Shown: positions 20,316 to 30,604 of the stretch, piece by piece | Numbering within the stretch: the first letter of the stretch is position 1 | Layout of the letters: each line of letters begins with the position of its first letter | Source: an uncultured Bacteroidales bacterium | GTDB lineage: Bacteria; Bacteroidota; Bacteroidia; Bacteroidales; Muribaculaceae | Direction: 5' to 3' | NCBI GenBank assembly: GCA_902787185.1 | Contig: CADAFP010000029.1 | Span: 691 to 64,690 of the forward strand | DNA: 64,000 nucleotides | Position numbers and translations under genes: made by a program | The notes under the pieces: model-generated | What the model was told of the DNA's origin: nothing | Databases searched by the model: none | Seen by the model: the letters and a program-made list of their open reading frames with translations, nothing else

Positions 20316-20797
20316 AGTGTCTGGGCGCTGAAGTGGATGCGCAGGGCTGGTGTGCGCGAGTTGGTGATTAACGGAGTGAGCACCACCACCGAATCAATGC
20401 CGTGGCAGGTGTAAATAACATCTTGAATATCAAAATTGTACATCGCGCCACACTCGATGGAGTGGAAGTACTCGATGGCATGATAGGTCAAGGTGACGGT
20501 GTCGCTCACGATGGTCGTGCCATCGCTTGCCGTGCGCCACAGCCTATAGCTGGTGGAGGTGGTGCTGGCACGCAGGGGCAGATAGGCTTCCTTGATCGAC
20601 GCGCCATCGGCAAGCACACTGTCGCCAGGCACTCCAATGCCCATAATGCTCAATGCGCTGATTGTCACTTGGTTGTCGCCCACATAGAAGGTAGCCAGCG
20701 GCAGGCTGCTGCCATTGTCGCTGCAACTCTCATCGCTGCATGACGCTACGGCCAACGTGAGGGCGATGAGCACCGCTATGTGGAGCAGGATTCTCAT
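20312..20797 (-). CDS. Lipoprotein, DUF6452-like
   Basis: LAVASC lipobox, YLPLR, F.SIECG. Confidence 0.7.
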   Translation of the reverse strand: MRILLHIAVLIALTLAVASCSDESCSDNGSSLPLATFYVGDNQVTISALSIMGIGVPGDSVLADGASIKEAYLPLRASTTSTSYRLWRTASDGTTIVSDTVTLTYHAIEYFHSIECGAMYNFDIQDVIYTCHGIDSVVVLTPLITNSRTPALRIHFSAQTL

Positions 20798-21762
20798 GAT
20801 TTCGGGTCGTCGATGATCTCTTCACCAATCTCGTAGTGGTTGCGGTCGTTGCTGTGGCGGATGATGAGCTCTCCCAGAAAGCCCGTGAGGAACAACTGCG
20901 TACCCAGCAGCATGGAGGTCAGCGCCAGGTAGAAGTAGGGCGAGTCGGTCACCAGACGGTAGCTGTTGCCGCTATACATATTATACAACTTGAGGGCGCC
21001 CACTACAACCACGGCGATGAAACCGAGCAGGAACATCAGGCTGCCCAACAGGCCGAAGAAGTGCATCGGCTTGACGCCGAACTTGGCTTGGAACCACAGC
21101 GTGAGCAGGTCCAGATAACCGTTGACAAAACGGTCCAGACCGAACTTGGTCGTGCCGTATTTGCGTGCCTGGTGCTTGACGGGCTTCTCGCCGATTTGGG
21201 TGAATCCCGCGATTTTGGCAAGGTAGGGGACATAGCGGTGCATGTCGCCATACACCTCGATGTGCTTCACCACCTCGCGGCGGTAGGCCTTGAGGCCGCA
21301 GTTGAAGTCATGCAGGTTGCGGATGCCGCTCACGTGGCGGGCTGTGGCGTTGAACAGCTTGGTGGGCAAGGTCTTGCTCAGCGGGTCGTAGCGTTTCTTC
21401 TTCCAGCCGCTCACCAGGTCGTACCCGTCCTGGGTAATCATGCGGTAGAGCTCGGGAATCTCGTCGGGGCTGTCCTGCAGGTCGGCGTCCATAGTGATGA
21501 TGACGTTACCCTGGGCGCGGTCAAAGCCCGTGTTCAGCGCCGGCGACTTGCCGTAGTTGCGACGGAAGGAGACACCCTTCAGCCGCGGATTACGCTCGTG
21601 CAGTCCCTTGATGACCTGCCAGGAATCGTCGGTGCTGCCGTCGTTGATGAACAGCACCTCATAGGAGAAGCTGTTCTCGTCCATCACGCGTTCAATCCAT
21701 TGTGCCAGTTCGGGCAGTGACTCTGCCTCGTTGAACAAGGGTACTACTACTGAAATGTCCAT
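20794..21762 (-). CDS. GT2 glycosyltransferase (polyprenol-phosphate, ArnC-like)
   Basis: VVVPLFNE, INDGSTD, RNYGKS, MDADLQD, DFNCGLKAYR; two C-terminal TM helices. Confidence 0.93.
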   Translation of the reverse strand: MDISVVVPLFNEAESLPELAQWIERVMDENSFSYEVLFINDGSTDDSWQVIKGLHERNPRLKGVSFRRNYGKSPALNTGFDRAQGNVIITMDADLQDSPDEIPELYRMITQDGYDLVSGWKKKRYDPLSKTLPTKLFNATARHVSGIRNLHDFNCGLKAYRREVVKHIEVYGDMHRYVPYLAKIAGFTQIGEKPVKHQARKYGTTKFGLDRFVNGYLDLLTLWFQAKFGVKPMHFFGLLGSLMFLLGFIAVVVVGALKLYNMYSGNSYRLVTDSPYFYLALTSMLLGTQLFLTGFLGELIIRHSNDRNHYEIGEEIIDDPKS

Positions 21763-21823
21763 ATATTATATAGTGTATATTTTTATTATTATTGTGTGAC
21801 TTTATCTCATGTGTCGTGTGGTG

Positions 21824-22357
21824 TCATTGGCGACGGTTGATGCGGCGCCGGGCAAATATCGCCGTGATGGCGCTCGTGATGCAGCCTGCCGAGGTGACCA
21901 GCCAGAAGGTGTTGAACACCATCTCGATGGGGACCGGCAGCAACCGGTTGTCCACCATGCGCTGCAACACGCGCACAAACTCGCTGTCGCGCATCTCGGG
22001 TATCTCGCTCGACGACTTGATCATCGCGAGGGCCTGGTCATAGAGGAAGTCGGGACGGCCAAACTGAATGACCAGGAACATGATGAAACTTGCCAGCACC
22101 GTGCCAAACAAAAACAGCATGATGCCCAGCATCCACAGCGCGGCATACTCGCTGAAGCCGTCTTCCTCGATGAACATGCGGCGCTGGTAATAGTACACCA
22201 CCAGCGGCGTGCAGGCCACCAGAATCATGAAGATGTAGCTCAACGGCATGAACCAATCGACAAATACTCCTGAGATGCCGATGCACGACAGATACAGTCC
22301 GAATGGTATCCCCCACACGGAAGCCCTCTGGTAGATGCTGATGCGTTGTTCTTTCAT
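21824..22357 (-). CDS. Membrane protein, DUF4199-like
   Basis: About four TM helices; context; start placed at MKEQR. Confidence 0.7.
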   Translation of the reverse strand: MKEQRISIYQRASVWGIPFGLYLSCIGISGVFVDWFMPLSYIFMILVACTPLVVYYYQRRMFIEEDGFSEYAALWMLGIMLFLFGTVLASFIMFLVIQFGRPDFLYDQALAMIKSSSEIPEMRDSEFVRVLQRMVDNRLLPVPIEMVFNTFWLVTSAGCITSAITAIFARRRINRRQ

Positions 22358-22586
22358 ACAAACTGCAAAATTACGAATTTTATCAATACTGCATCCCATC
22401 GAGGGCAAAAAAATGGCAGCTTGTTCTATTAGATTCAGTTAAAGTGGCTGCATACTGGCCGGAAAACAGAAAAAATCACATCGAAATGAATTGCTTGGTG
22501 AAATAATATGTATATTTGCACGATTATTCGACATGTGCGTTGTTTGCGTGATGAGAGCTAAACTGCCAACAATAACCAAAAATGGC

Positions 22587-25424
22587 ATGCGCGCTATTGC
22601 CGTCGTTGTGATGGCAGTGGTGGTAATTTTGTTGGCTACATGCCGTCACGAGAAGATGACAGCACCTGTCGAAGACCCGAGGGTTGCCAGCCTCGACAGC
22701 CTGCTGTCAAATATCGACGATGTTGACTCCCTCGAGGTGATGCTGCGCCACTTTCGCCAGGCTCATGATGACTTGGGCGAGATGCTTGCCTTCAAGCAAC
22801 AAGGGCGCTTACTGCGCCAGCAGGCACGTTTTGAGCAGGCAATTGATGTCAACACGAGGTGGCTCAATCTCGCGACTCAGTTTGCCGATACGATCGCCAT
22901 GTGCGAGGCATTGAACAATCTGGGCATCTGCTCCGGCCGCCAGGGCAATGTGAGTGCGGCCAACGGCTATTACTACCAGTCGCTGAAACTGCTGGACGTT
23001 TTCAGCCGCAGGGATGATGCCACGCTGGTCAAGGCGCTCACCCTGAACGGTATCGGCAACATTGAGAGCATATTGTGCCACTACTCGATGGCCGACAGCG
23101 TGTTGCGTGAGGCCATGAACAGCGATTTTAAAGTCAACCAAAACGTGGGTATCGCCATCAACGCCTGTGACTTGGGAATGGTCAAGCAGGCCATGGGGCA
23201 GACCGACTCGGCGTGGTACTACGTCAACAAGGCGATGGAGCACAGTCGCCATGGCCTGTACAAGAAGGGGGAGGCCTTGTGCCACATGCGCATGGGTGAA
23301 CTTCATGAGCAGGAACAACGCTTCTCGCACGCTCTGGAAGAGTACAAGCTGGCGTATGACAGATTCAAGGCCCTCGACGACAGCTGGCACTTGCAGCAGA
23401 CGTGTTTGGACTTGGCACGTGTGTCGCTCTTGCTGGATGAGCGTGAGCAGTCATATCATTACCTGAGCGAGGTGGAGGCCGAGGCGTTGAGGACGGGCTG
23501 CAAGGCACACGAAGCCGAGGCAAACAAAATACATTATGAGCTGTCGCTGCTCAAGGGGAACGTCAATGATGCCCTGCAACACTACATCCGCAGTACAGAG
23601 CTGTTCGACAGCATCTATGGTTTGGAAAAGGGCGAGGAGATGCGCGCACAACGCATTGAGTATCGGAATTGGGTGAAGAACAATGAGAAGGAAATGCTCA
23701 ACCGTGACATCTCGCACTTGAAACTCATGCGCAATATGCAGCTCTTGCTCACCCTGCTGCTCCTGGTGATGGCGTTAGCAGTGATTGCGGCGCTCGCCTA
23801 TGTCATCAGGGAACGTATGCGCACCCAGAGCATCATGCGTCAGATCGAGGAAACACGGTCGCTGTTCTTTACTAATGTGGTGCACCTGTTGCGCACCCCG
23901 CTGACGGCCATCATGGGTGCCGTCGATGACATCACCGCCGAGGCCACCCTGCCTGACGCCGACGGCCGCCATAAGGAAAACGCAAAACTCATCGAGCGCC
24001 AGGGTAAAAACCTGTTGACGCTGATGGACCGCATCCTCGAGGTGGGTAGTGTGCGCAGTGCGGTGACCCAGTTGAAATGGAGCACGGGCGACGGCGTGAC
24101 CTACCTGCGCATGCTGCTCGACAGCTATCTTGAGCAATGCGCCGACCGGCACATCGAGCTCACTTACCATCCGCATGAGACCAATGTCATCATCGACACC
24201 GTGCCGCGCTACCTGAACACCATCGTGCACAGCCTGATTGATAACGCGATCAACTATAGCCGCAACTACAGCCAGATTTCTGTTATATCGCAGGTCGAGG
24301 ACAATTTCTTTGTCATTCGCGTCGCCGACAACGGCATGGGCATTGCCCCCAACGACCTGCCGCATGTTTTTGACCCGTTCTATAGAGGAGCTGCTGCCGA
24401 GCAACTGATTGATGGTGTGGGCATTGGCTTGACCGTTGTGCACGACATGGTTATGGCCCTGGAGGGCTCCGTCGATATCGAGAGCACCGAGGGTAAGGGT
24501 ACGGTAGTCACCGTGAAACTGCCTTGCCGCATCAGCAGGAAAGGTATCAAGAGCAAGCTGGGCAAGTTGATGCCACCGTCGCCCACGATGACCGACAAAC
24601 CCCAGTCGCGTGAGAAACTGGCCGAAGTCGATTCCACGCCCAAACATGAGGGACTGCAGGTGGTTCTTGTCGTCGAGGATAACGCCGACGTGGCGCGTCT
24701 CGTCGGGACAGTCTTGAGCAAGGAATATACCGTCTATTACGCGCAAGATGGCGAACGAGGACTGGCGATGGCCTGTGAATATGTCCCCGACCTGGTGATT
24801 ACCGACGTGAAAATGCCGTTGATGGATGGCTATGAGTTCACCGAGAGGCTCAGGGCGACACAGGGCTTGTGCCACATCCCCGTCATCATCCTCAGCGCAC
24901 GCACCAGCGAAGATGCGCGCGTGCGCGGCATCAAGGCGGGGGCCAATGCCTATCTGGTCAAGCCATTTGTCAAGGAAGAACTGCTCGCATGGGTTAAAAA
25001 CCTGTTGCAGTTGCGCGATTTGGCCAAGCAGTCTGATAGTCAGAAGAATAGAATAATTGAGAAACCCGTGCTTGTCACTCAGGACGAGGACGACCGCTTC
25101 CTTGAGCGTTTTGCTCTGGCTGTGGATAGGCAGATGTCAAGTGGCGACAAGCTCGACCTGGACAAGCTTGCGCTCACGTTCAAGATGGGCGAGAGCCAGC
25201 TCAAGCGCAAAATCCACGACATGACCGGCAAAACACTGACGGCTTACATCACCCAGCTGCGCATGGAAAAGGCTCTGCGCCTCTTGTGTCAGGACCCCGA
25301 TATGCTCATTGGCGACGTGGCTGTAGAGTGCGGCTTTGCCGATGTCGCCTATTTCTCACGCGTCTTCCGCCAGTACTACGGCAAGACTCCCACCCAGGCG
25401 CGCAACGACCACCAGAACCAATAA
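22587..25424 (+). CDS. Hybrid two-component regulator (TPR sensor, TM, His kinase, receiver, AraC)
   Basis: TPR helices, TM, H-box HLLRTPLT, DNGMGI/FDPFY/GIGL boxes, receiver VEDN..TDVKMP..KPF, AraC CGFADVAYFSRVF; exact start uncertain. Confidence 0.92.
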   Translation: MRAIAVVVMAVVVILLATCRHEKMTAPVEDPRVASLDSLLSNIDDVDSLEVMLRHFRQAHDDLGEMLAFKQQGRLLRQQARFEQAIDVNTRWLNLATQFADTIAMCEALNNLGICSGRQGNVSAANGYYYQSLKLLDVFSRRDDATLVKALTLNGIGNIESILCHYSMADSVLREAMNSDFKVNQNVGIAINACDLGMVKQAMGQTDSAWYYVNKAMEHSRHGLYKKGEALCHMRMGELHEQEQRFSHALEEYKLAYDRFKALDDSWHLQQTCLDLARVSLLLDEREQSYHYLSEVEAEALRTGCKAHEAEANKIHYELSLLKGNVNDALQHYIRSTELFDSIYGLEKGEEMRAQRIEYRNWVKNNEKEMLNRDISHLKLMRNMQLLLTLLLLVMALAVIAALAYVIRERMRTQSIMRQIEETRSLFFTNVVHLLRTPLTAIMGAVDDITAEATLPDADGRHKENAKLIERQGKNLLTLMDRILEVGSVRSAVTQLKWSTGDGVTYLRMLLDSYLEQCADRHIELTYHPHETNVIIDTVPRYLNTIVHSLIDNAINYSRNYSQISVISQVEDNFFVIRVADNGMGIAPNDLPHVFDPFYRGAAAEQLIDGVGIGLTVVHDMVMALEGSVDIESTEGKGTVVTVKLPCRISRKGIKSKLGKLMPPSPTMTDKPQSREKLAEVDSTPKHEGLQVVLVVEDNADVARLVGTVLSKEYTVYYAQDGERGLAMACEYVPDLVITDVKMPLMDGYEFTERLRATQGLCHIPVIILSARTSEDARVRGIKAGANAYLVKPFVKEELLAWVKNLLQLRDLAKQSDSQKNRIIEKPVLVTQDEDDRFLERFALAVDRQMSSGDKLDLDKLALTFKMGESQLKRKIHDMTGKTLTAYITQLRMEKALRLLCQDPDMLIGDVAVECGFADVAYFSRVFRQYYGKTPTQARNDHQNQ

Positions 25425-25533
25425 TCTGTTTGGGACGCAATAAAACAAGAGGCTGTGCCGACGAGACACAACCTCTTTATTTTTGTCTTTTTTGCCGTCA
25501 ACTCCTTGACGGTGAGTGCAGCGTGGATGTCGC

Positions 25534-26292
25534 TTAGAAAGCGGTCACGATGCCCATGAAGTCGCCAGCCTTCAACGAGGCGCCACCGATGAGGCCACCG
25601 TCGATGTCGGGCTTAGCAAACAGCTCGGCTGCGTTGCTGGGCTTGCAGCTGCCACCGTACAGGATGGTCATGTCGTCGGCCACCTGTGCGCCGTACTGCT
25701 CGGCCAACAGGCCGCGGATCAGCGCGTGGATTTCCTGTGCCTGGTCGCTCGTGGCGGTCTTGCCCGTGCCGATGGCCCAGATGGGCTCGTAAGCGATGAC
25801 GATATCCTTCATCTGCTCAGCGGTCAGGTGGAACAGCGAATCACGCAACTCAGCGCTGATGACATCCTTGAAAGTGCCATTCTCGCGCTCCTCAAGGCTC
25901 TCACCGCAGCAGAAGATGATTTTCAGACCGTTAGTCAGCGCAAGGTCAACCTTTTCTTTAAGGATTTCGGCGGTCTCGTTATAGTATCCGCGACGCTCGC
26001 TGTGACCCAGGATCACGTAGCCTGCACCCGTCGATGCCACCATAGCTGCCGACACCTCGCCGGTGTAAGCGCCGCTGGTGTGGTCGGCGCAGTTTTGTGC
26101 GGCCAGTCCCACCTTACCGTCACCGATGACCTCACGCACGCAGGTCAGGTGGGTAAAGGGAACGCCCAGGATGACGTCACATTTCAGGTTGGCCTCTGCC
26201 GCAACGGCGGCACACACGTCCTTGGCGAGCTGTACGCCCTCGGGCAAGGTGGTATTCATCTTCCAGTTGCCCGCAACAATGTTCTTTCTCAT
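25534..26292 (-). CDS. tpiA: Triosephosphate isomerase
   Basis: [33 protein letters not shown]. Confidence 0.98.
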   Translation of the reverse strand: MRKNIVAGNWKMNTTLPEGVQLAKDVCAAVAAEANLKCDVILGVPFTHLTCVREVIGDGKVGLAAQNCADHTSGAYTGEVSAAMVASTGAGYVILGHSERRGYYNETAEILKEKVDLALTNGLKIIFCCGESLEERENGTFKDVISAELRDSLFHLTAEQMKDIVIAYEPIWAIGTGKTATSDQAQEIHALIRGLLAEQYGAQVADDMTILYGGSCKPSNAAELFAKPDIDGGLIGGASLKAGDFMGIVTAF

Positions 26293-26393
26293 TTTTTCTT
26301 TGTCAGTTTTTTAAAAAACAATACGATTGAGTTTGCTGCCGCAAAGGTACAACCTTTTCCCTAAACTATCAAACAACAGCCTTTTCATTTTTC

Positions 26394-27610
26394 TCAAACA
26401 ACATTGGACAACTTGTGAACAACACAAACAACAATAATTTTTTAAACAACTGAAGCATCTGAAGTCTCTGAATCATATAGCTAATTCAGAACATTTCAGA
26501 TGCCTCAGTTGTTAAAAAATCGATGCGTCAACCTTCCAGTTCCTTTAATCGCTTGATGGCATTTTCATAGCCTTGCTCCGCAGCTTTCTTGTACCACTTA
26601 ATGGCCTCCTGCTTGTCTTTCTTGACGCCCCAGCCATTGTTGTAGAAGTTACCCAAATTGTATTGCGCAGTGGCATTTCCTTGCTCCGCCGCTTTTCGGT
26701 ACCATTTTTCTGCTTCCTTGTAATCTTGAGTGACACCCAGTCCCTTCTCGTAGCAGTATCCTAAATTGCATTGAGCTTGGGCATTTCCTTGCTCTACCGC
26801 TTTTCGGTACCATTTTACCGCTTCCTGGTAATCTTGCGTGACACCAAGGCCTTTACGGTAGCAGTATCCCAAATTGCATTGCGCAGCAGAATGTCCTTGC
26901 TTCACCGCTTTTCGATACCATTTTACCGCTTCCTGGTAATCTTGCGTGACACCAAGGCCTTCATCGTAGCAGTATCCCAATCTGAATTGCGCTTTGGCAT
27001 GTCCTTGTTCAGCGGCTGGTTTAATGTATTTTAAAGCATTTTCGTAGTCTTGTTTGTAATAAAGTGATTCCCCAAGTTGGAATAACTCCTCGGGGGACTT
27101 GGTAGGGGCAGGGGTTGCGGGTTTTCCAATTTTGTCCTCAATGGAAGATATCAGTTCATGGTAGGATAACAACGGTTGGTTAGCATCATATTGAATCGAG
27201 TTGATTCGATTCAAACGAAGGATGACTTCTCGATTATATCTGGTGTCATCCAGTTTAATCGGGATGATAGTTTTGTTGATGGACTGGGCATAACAGATTT
27301 CATCGATAACCCGCTGTGAAGCGTTGGAGTCGGCAGTTGAGAAGAACAGGACAATGGCAGAATTGTCAATGGCGTCAACAATTTTAGACTGGTATGCATC
27401 TCCTCCGGATATGCCTTTTTTGTCAATCCATACTTTGTAACCGGCACTGGTGATTTCGTTCACAAATTGTTTGACAATCTGCGAGTCCTTCCTTGAGTAA
27501 CTGATGAAAACGTCGTTATCCATATTTCGGGAAATCAGTTTAGTCTATAATTTTGCAAAGATACTACTTTTCCTGAATATGTCAAACAACATTGGACAAC
27601 TTGTGAACAA
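26394..27610. repeat. 29-bp exact direct repeats flanking the TIR-Sel1 gene
   Basis: TCAAACAACATTGGACAACTTGTGAACAA at 26394-26422 and 27582-27610. Confidence 0.9.
26528..27523 (-). CDS. TIR-domain protein with Sel1-like repeats
   Basis: DVFISYSRKD TIR start, VIDEI glutamate; about five Sel1 repeats (AQxxLGYCYxxGLGVTQDYxEAxKWY); AT-richer than neighbours. Confidence 0.92.
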   Translation of the reverse strand: MDNDVFISYSRKDSQIVKQFVNEITSAGYKVWIDKKGISGGDAYQSKIVDAIDNSAIVLFFSTADSNASQRVIDEICYAQSINKTIIPIKLDDTRYNREVILRLNRINSIQYDANQPLLSYHELISSIEDKIGKPATPAPTKSPEELFQLGESLYYKQDYENALKYIKPAAEQGHAKAQFRLGYCYDEGLGVTQDYQEAVKWYRKAVKQGHSAAQCNLGYCYRKGLGVTQDYQEAVKWYRKAVEQGNAQAQCNLGYCYEKGLGVTQDYKEAEKWYRKAAEQGNATAQYNLGNFYNNGWGVKKDKQEAIKWYKKAAEQGYENAIKRLKELEG

Positions 27611-27631
27611 TACAAATTACTTTTTGAGTGA

Positions 27632-28345
27632 TTACTGGGGGTGGGAGAGGAATTCGATGATGGCGCTGGGTTGGTTGTCGATGGCGAGGGCGACGATGTG
27701 GCCGCCGTCGATGGGGTAGAGGGTGGGAGTGAGCAGGTCGCCCTGCTTGGCGGCGATGCGGTACTCGACGCGCATGTCGCTCACCTCGAAGCCTTCGGGC
27801 AGCAGTTCCATGGCGATGCGCACGTAGTTGGCGTTGTTCATGTGGCGGTTATAGTCGATGTCGGCGCGCATGACCTGGACGGGCGGCAGCACGGTGCCGT
27901 CCTGCTTGGGCAGAATGATGCGGCGACCGCGGTAGTTCATCTCCTGCTTGGGTTCCAGGGTCAGTGAGGCTATCGCGTCGTCTGAGAGTCGCGCCAGCCG
28001 TCCTGTGGCGAGATCGACAAAGGCGCCCATGCTCCATGTGCGGTAGCAGGGTTGCCCCTGCGCGTCACGGATAAACGTGTTGCGGAAGCCGTACATCGGC
28101 ATCACCTCATAGATGGACGTCGTCACCGTCAAGTCCTCCTTGTAGCGTGGCACTCTCACCACTTCGACCTGCCGCGTGCCCAGCAGTTGCGTCATGTTGT
28201 TGTCGTTGAAGAATTTGCGGGCCGTCGGCTCGCTGTCAATCCACATTTCGGAGCAGTCTTGCATCATCTGCAAGGCCGAGTAGAGCTTCAAGCGCCCCTC
28301 GCTGTCACAGGTGCTGGTAGTTACCTTGTAATTCAGAGTGTACAT
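27632..28345 (-). CDS. Acyl-ACP thioesterase
   Basis: DSEGRLK..QD, DIDYNRHMNNANY; start placed at MYTLNYK. Confidence 0.88.
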   Translation of the reverse strand: MYTLNYKVTTSTCDSEGRLKLYSALQMMQDCSEMWIDSEPTARKFFNDNNMTQLLGTRQVEVVRVPRYKEDLTVTTSIYEVMPMYGFRNTFIRDAQGQPCYRTWSMGAFVDLATGRLARLSDDAIASLTLEPKQEMNYRGRRIILPKQDGTVLPPVQVMRADIDYNRHMNNANYVRIAMELLPEGFEVSDMRVEYRIAAKQGDLLTPTLYPIDGGHIVALAIDNQPSAIIEFLSHPQ

Positions 28346-28556
28346 GGTTATTGGTAGTGAATGTTGAAATTGTGTGCAAAGGTACGAAAATAATGGTGTC
28401 CTATATTGAATATGCACATTATTAATATACTTTAATGGGTTGGAACGGGGGTAATTGGTGATTTTTTTGTAACTTTGCGGCGTTTTTGTGCACATGTTGC
28501 ACAAGTGGCTGTAAATAAAAGAAATATCGACATAACAACCATAAATTTAAAGAAAC

Positions 28557-29376
28557 ATGGGTTTAAGAATCATTGTTCTGGCCAAGCAAGTGCCAGACAC
28601 CCGCAATGTGGGTAAAGACGCGATGAAGGAAGACGGCACCATCAACCGTGCCGCCTTGCCCGCAATTTTCAACCCCGAGGACCTGAACGCCCTTGAACAG
28701 GCGTTGCAGCTCAAGGATGCCCATCCCGGCTCGACCATCACGCTGCTGACGATGGGACTGCCCCGTAGCGCCGAGATGGTGCGCGAGAGCCTCTACCGTG
28801 GTGGTGACGACGGCGTGGTATTGACCGACCGCCCCCTGGGTGGCGCCGACACCCTTGCCACGAGTTACTCGCTGGCTCAGGCCATCCGCCACATGGGCGA
28901 ATTTGACATCATCGTGGGTGGCCGTCAGGCCATCGACGGCGACACCGCTCAGGTGGGACCGCAGATTGCCGAGAAGTTGGGCCTGCCCCAGGTGACCTAT
29001 GCCGAGAGCATCCAGGTTGCTGACCCCGCTGCCTCTGGTCGTAACCGTCAACGGCAGTGCCGACGCCTGCCGTCCCCGCAACGCCCGCCTCATCCAGAAG
29101 TACAAATATGCCGTGACGCCCAGCGAGAAGGCCGCTCTGCCCGCCGACCGCCAGGCGCTCGTCGATGCCCGTCCCTACCTTGCCATCAAGGAGTGGGGCG
29201 TGAAGGAGATTGAGGCCGATCCCGAGCAGATCGGTATGGCCGGTTCGCCCACCAAGGTGAAGACCATCGTCAATGTCGCCTTCCAGGCCAAGGAAGCCCG
29301 ACGCATCGACGCTGCTGCCGACGCCGAGCTCGAGGGCCTCGTTAAGGAACTTATCGCCGACCACATCATCGGATAA
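28557..29376 (+). pseudogene. etfB: Electron transfer flavoprotein beta subunit, frameshifted near 29019
   Basis: First frame KQVPDT...GADTLATS...DGDTAQVG...YAESIQV; continuation LTPLPLVVTVNGSA...GSPTKV in another frame; the expected intervening segment appears missing. Confidence 0.85.
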
Positions 29377-29381
29377 ATTTA

Positions 29382-29466
29382 TTAGGCATTAGGTGTTAGG
29401 CATTAGGCGTTAGGATTTATATCTGACAGCCGACCCCTAAAACCTAAAGCCTAAAACCTAAAACCT
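29382..29466. repeat. Inverted heptamer arrays (TTAGGYR)n ... (CCTAAAR)n
   Basis: Seen directly; a similar array lies at 30514-30600. Confidence 0.75.
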
Positions 29467-29477
29467 TTAAGAAAAAA

Positions 29478-30506
29478 ATGGAAGACAAGAATAATCTGAT
29501 AGTCTATTGCGAGTATGACGAGGGCCGTATTGCCGACGTCAGCCTCGAACTGTTGACCAAGGGCCGCCAGCTGGCCACCCGTCTGGGTTGCCGCCTCGAG
29601 GCATTGGTGCTGGGCGACAAACTCGACGGCATCGAGAACGAGCTGTTCCCCTATGGTGTTGACGTGGTCTATAAGGTGCAGGACAATCGCCTGTTCCCCT
29701 ACACTTCACTGCCTCACAGCAGTGTAGTCACCACCTTGTTTAAGGAGATTGAGCCGCAGGTGTGCCTCATGGGCGCTACCACCATCGGCCGTGACCTGGG
29801 TCCCCGCGTGTCGTCATGCCTGCACAGCGGCCTGACTGCCGACTGCACCTCGCTGGAAATCGGCGACCATACCGATGCCGCCAAGGGCAAGGAATACAAG
29901 GACCTGCTGTACCAGATTCGTCCCGCCTTCGGTGGCAATATCGTCGCCACCATCGTCAACCCTGAGTGCCGTCCCCAGATGGCAACCGTGCGTGAGGGCG
30001 TGATGAAAAAGGAGATCTTTGACGCTAACTACAAGGGTGAGGTCATCAACCTCGACCCCGACAATTACATCGACCCTGCAAGCCTGGTGGTGAAAATCAT
30101 CGACCGCGAGATTGAGCAGAGCAAGGTGAACATCAAGGGTGCCCACATCATCGTGGCTGGTGGCTACGGCGTGGGCAGCAAGGAGAACTTCGACATGCTG
30201 TTCGAACTTGCCGATGTGCTCGGCGGCGAGGTGGGTGCCTCGCGTGCAGCCGTCGATGCCGGCTTCACCGACCATGACCGCCAAATCGGCCAGACCGGTG
30301 TCACCGTGCGTCCCAAGCTGTACATCGCCTGTGGTATCTCGGGTCAGATCCAGCATATCGCCGGTATGAACGAGAGCTCCATCATCATCAGCATCAACAC
30401 CGACCCCGACGCACCCATCAATGCGATTGCCGACTACGTGATCACGGGCAGTGTCGAGGACGTGATTCCCCGTCTCATCAAGCACTACAAGAAGAATTCA
30501 AAATAA
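29478..30506 (+). CDS. etfA: Electron transfer flavoprotein alpha subunit
   Basis: GLTADCT, RPAFGGN, GASRAAVD, QIGQTG, GISGQIQH. Confidence 0.96.
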   Translation: MEDKNNLIVYCEYDEGRIADVSLELLTKGRQLATRLGCRLEALVLGDKLDGIENELFPYGVDVVYKVQDNRLFPYTSLPHSSVVTTLFKEIEPQVCLMGATTIGRDLGPRVSSCLHSGLTADCTSLEIGDHTDAAKGKEYKDLLYQIRPAFGGNIVATIVNPECRPQMATVREGVMKKEIFDANYKGEVINLDPDNYIDPASLVVKIIDREIEQSKVNIKGAHIIVAGGYGVGSKENFDMLFELADVLGGEVGASRAAVDAGFTDHDRQIGQTGVTVRPKLYIACGISGQIQHIAGMNESSIIISINTDPDAPINAIADYVITGSVEDVIPRLIKHYKKNSK

Positions 30507-30604
30507 TCAGTAATTAGGTTTTGGTGTTAGGCATTAGGTGTTAGTACTTGCTTCTTTCAACTAATACCTAAAGCCTAAAACCTAAAGCCTAAAACCTAAA
30601 AAAT

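Noticed and set aside
28999-29040. Programmed ribosomal frameshift in etfB (and likewise in mdh)
   Set aside because: No slippery heptamer at either junction, and coding sequence appears missing rather than merely shifted
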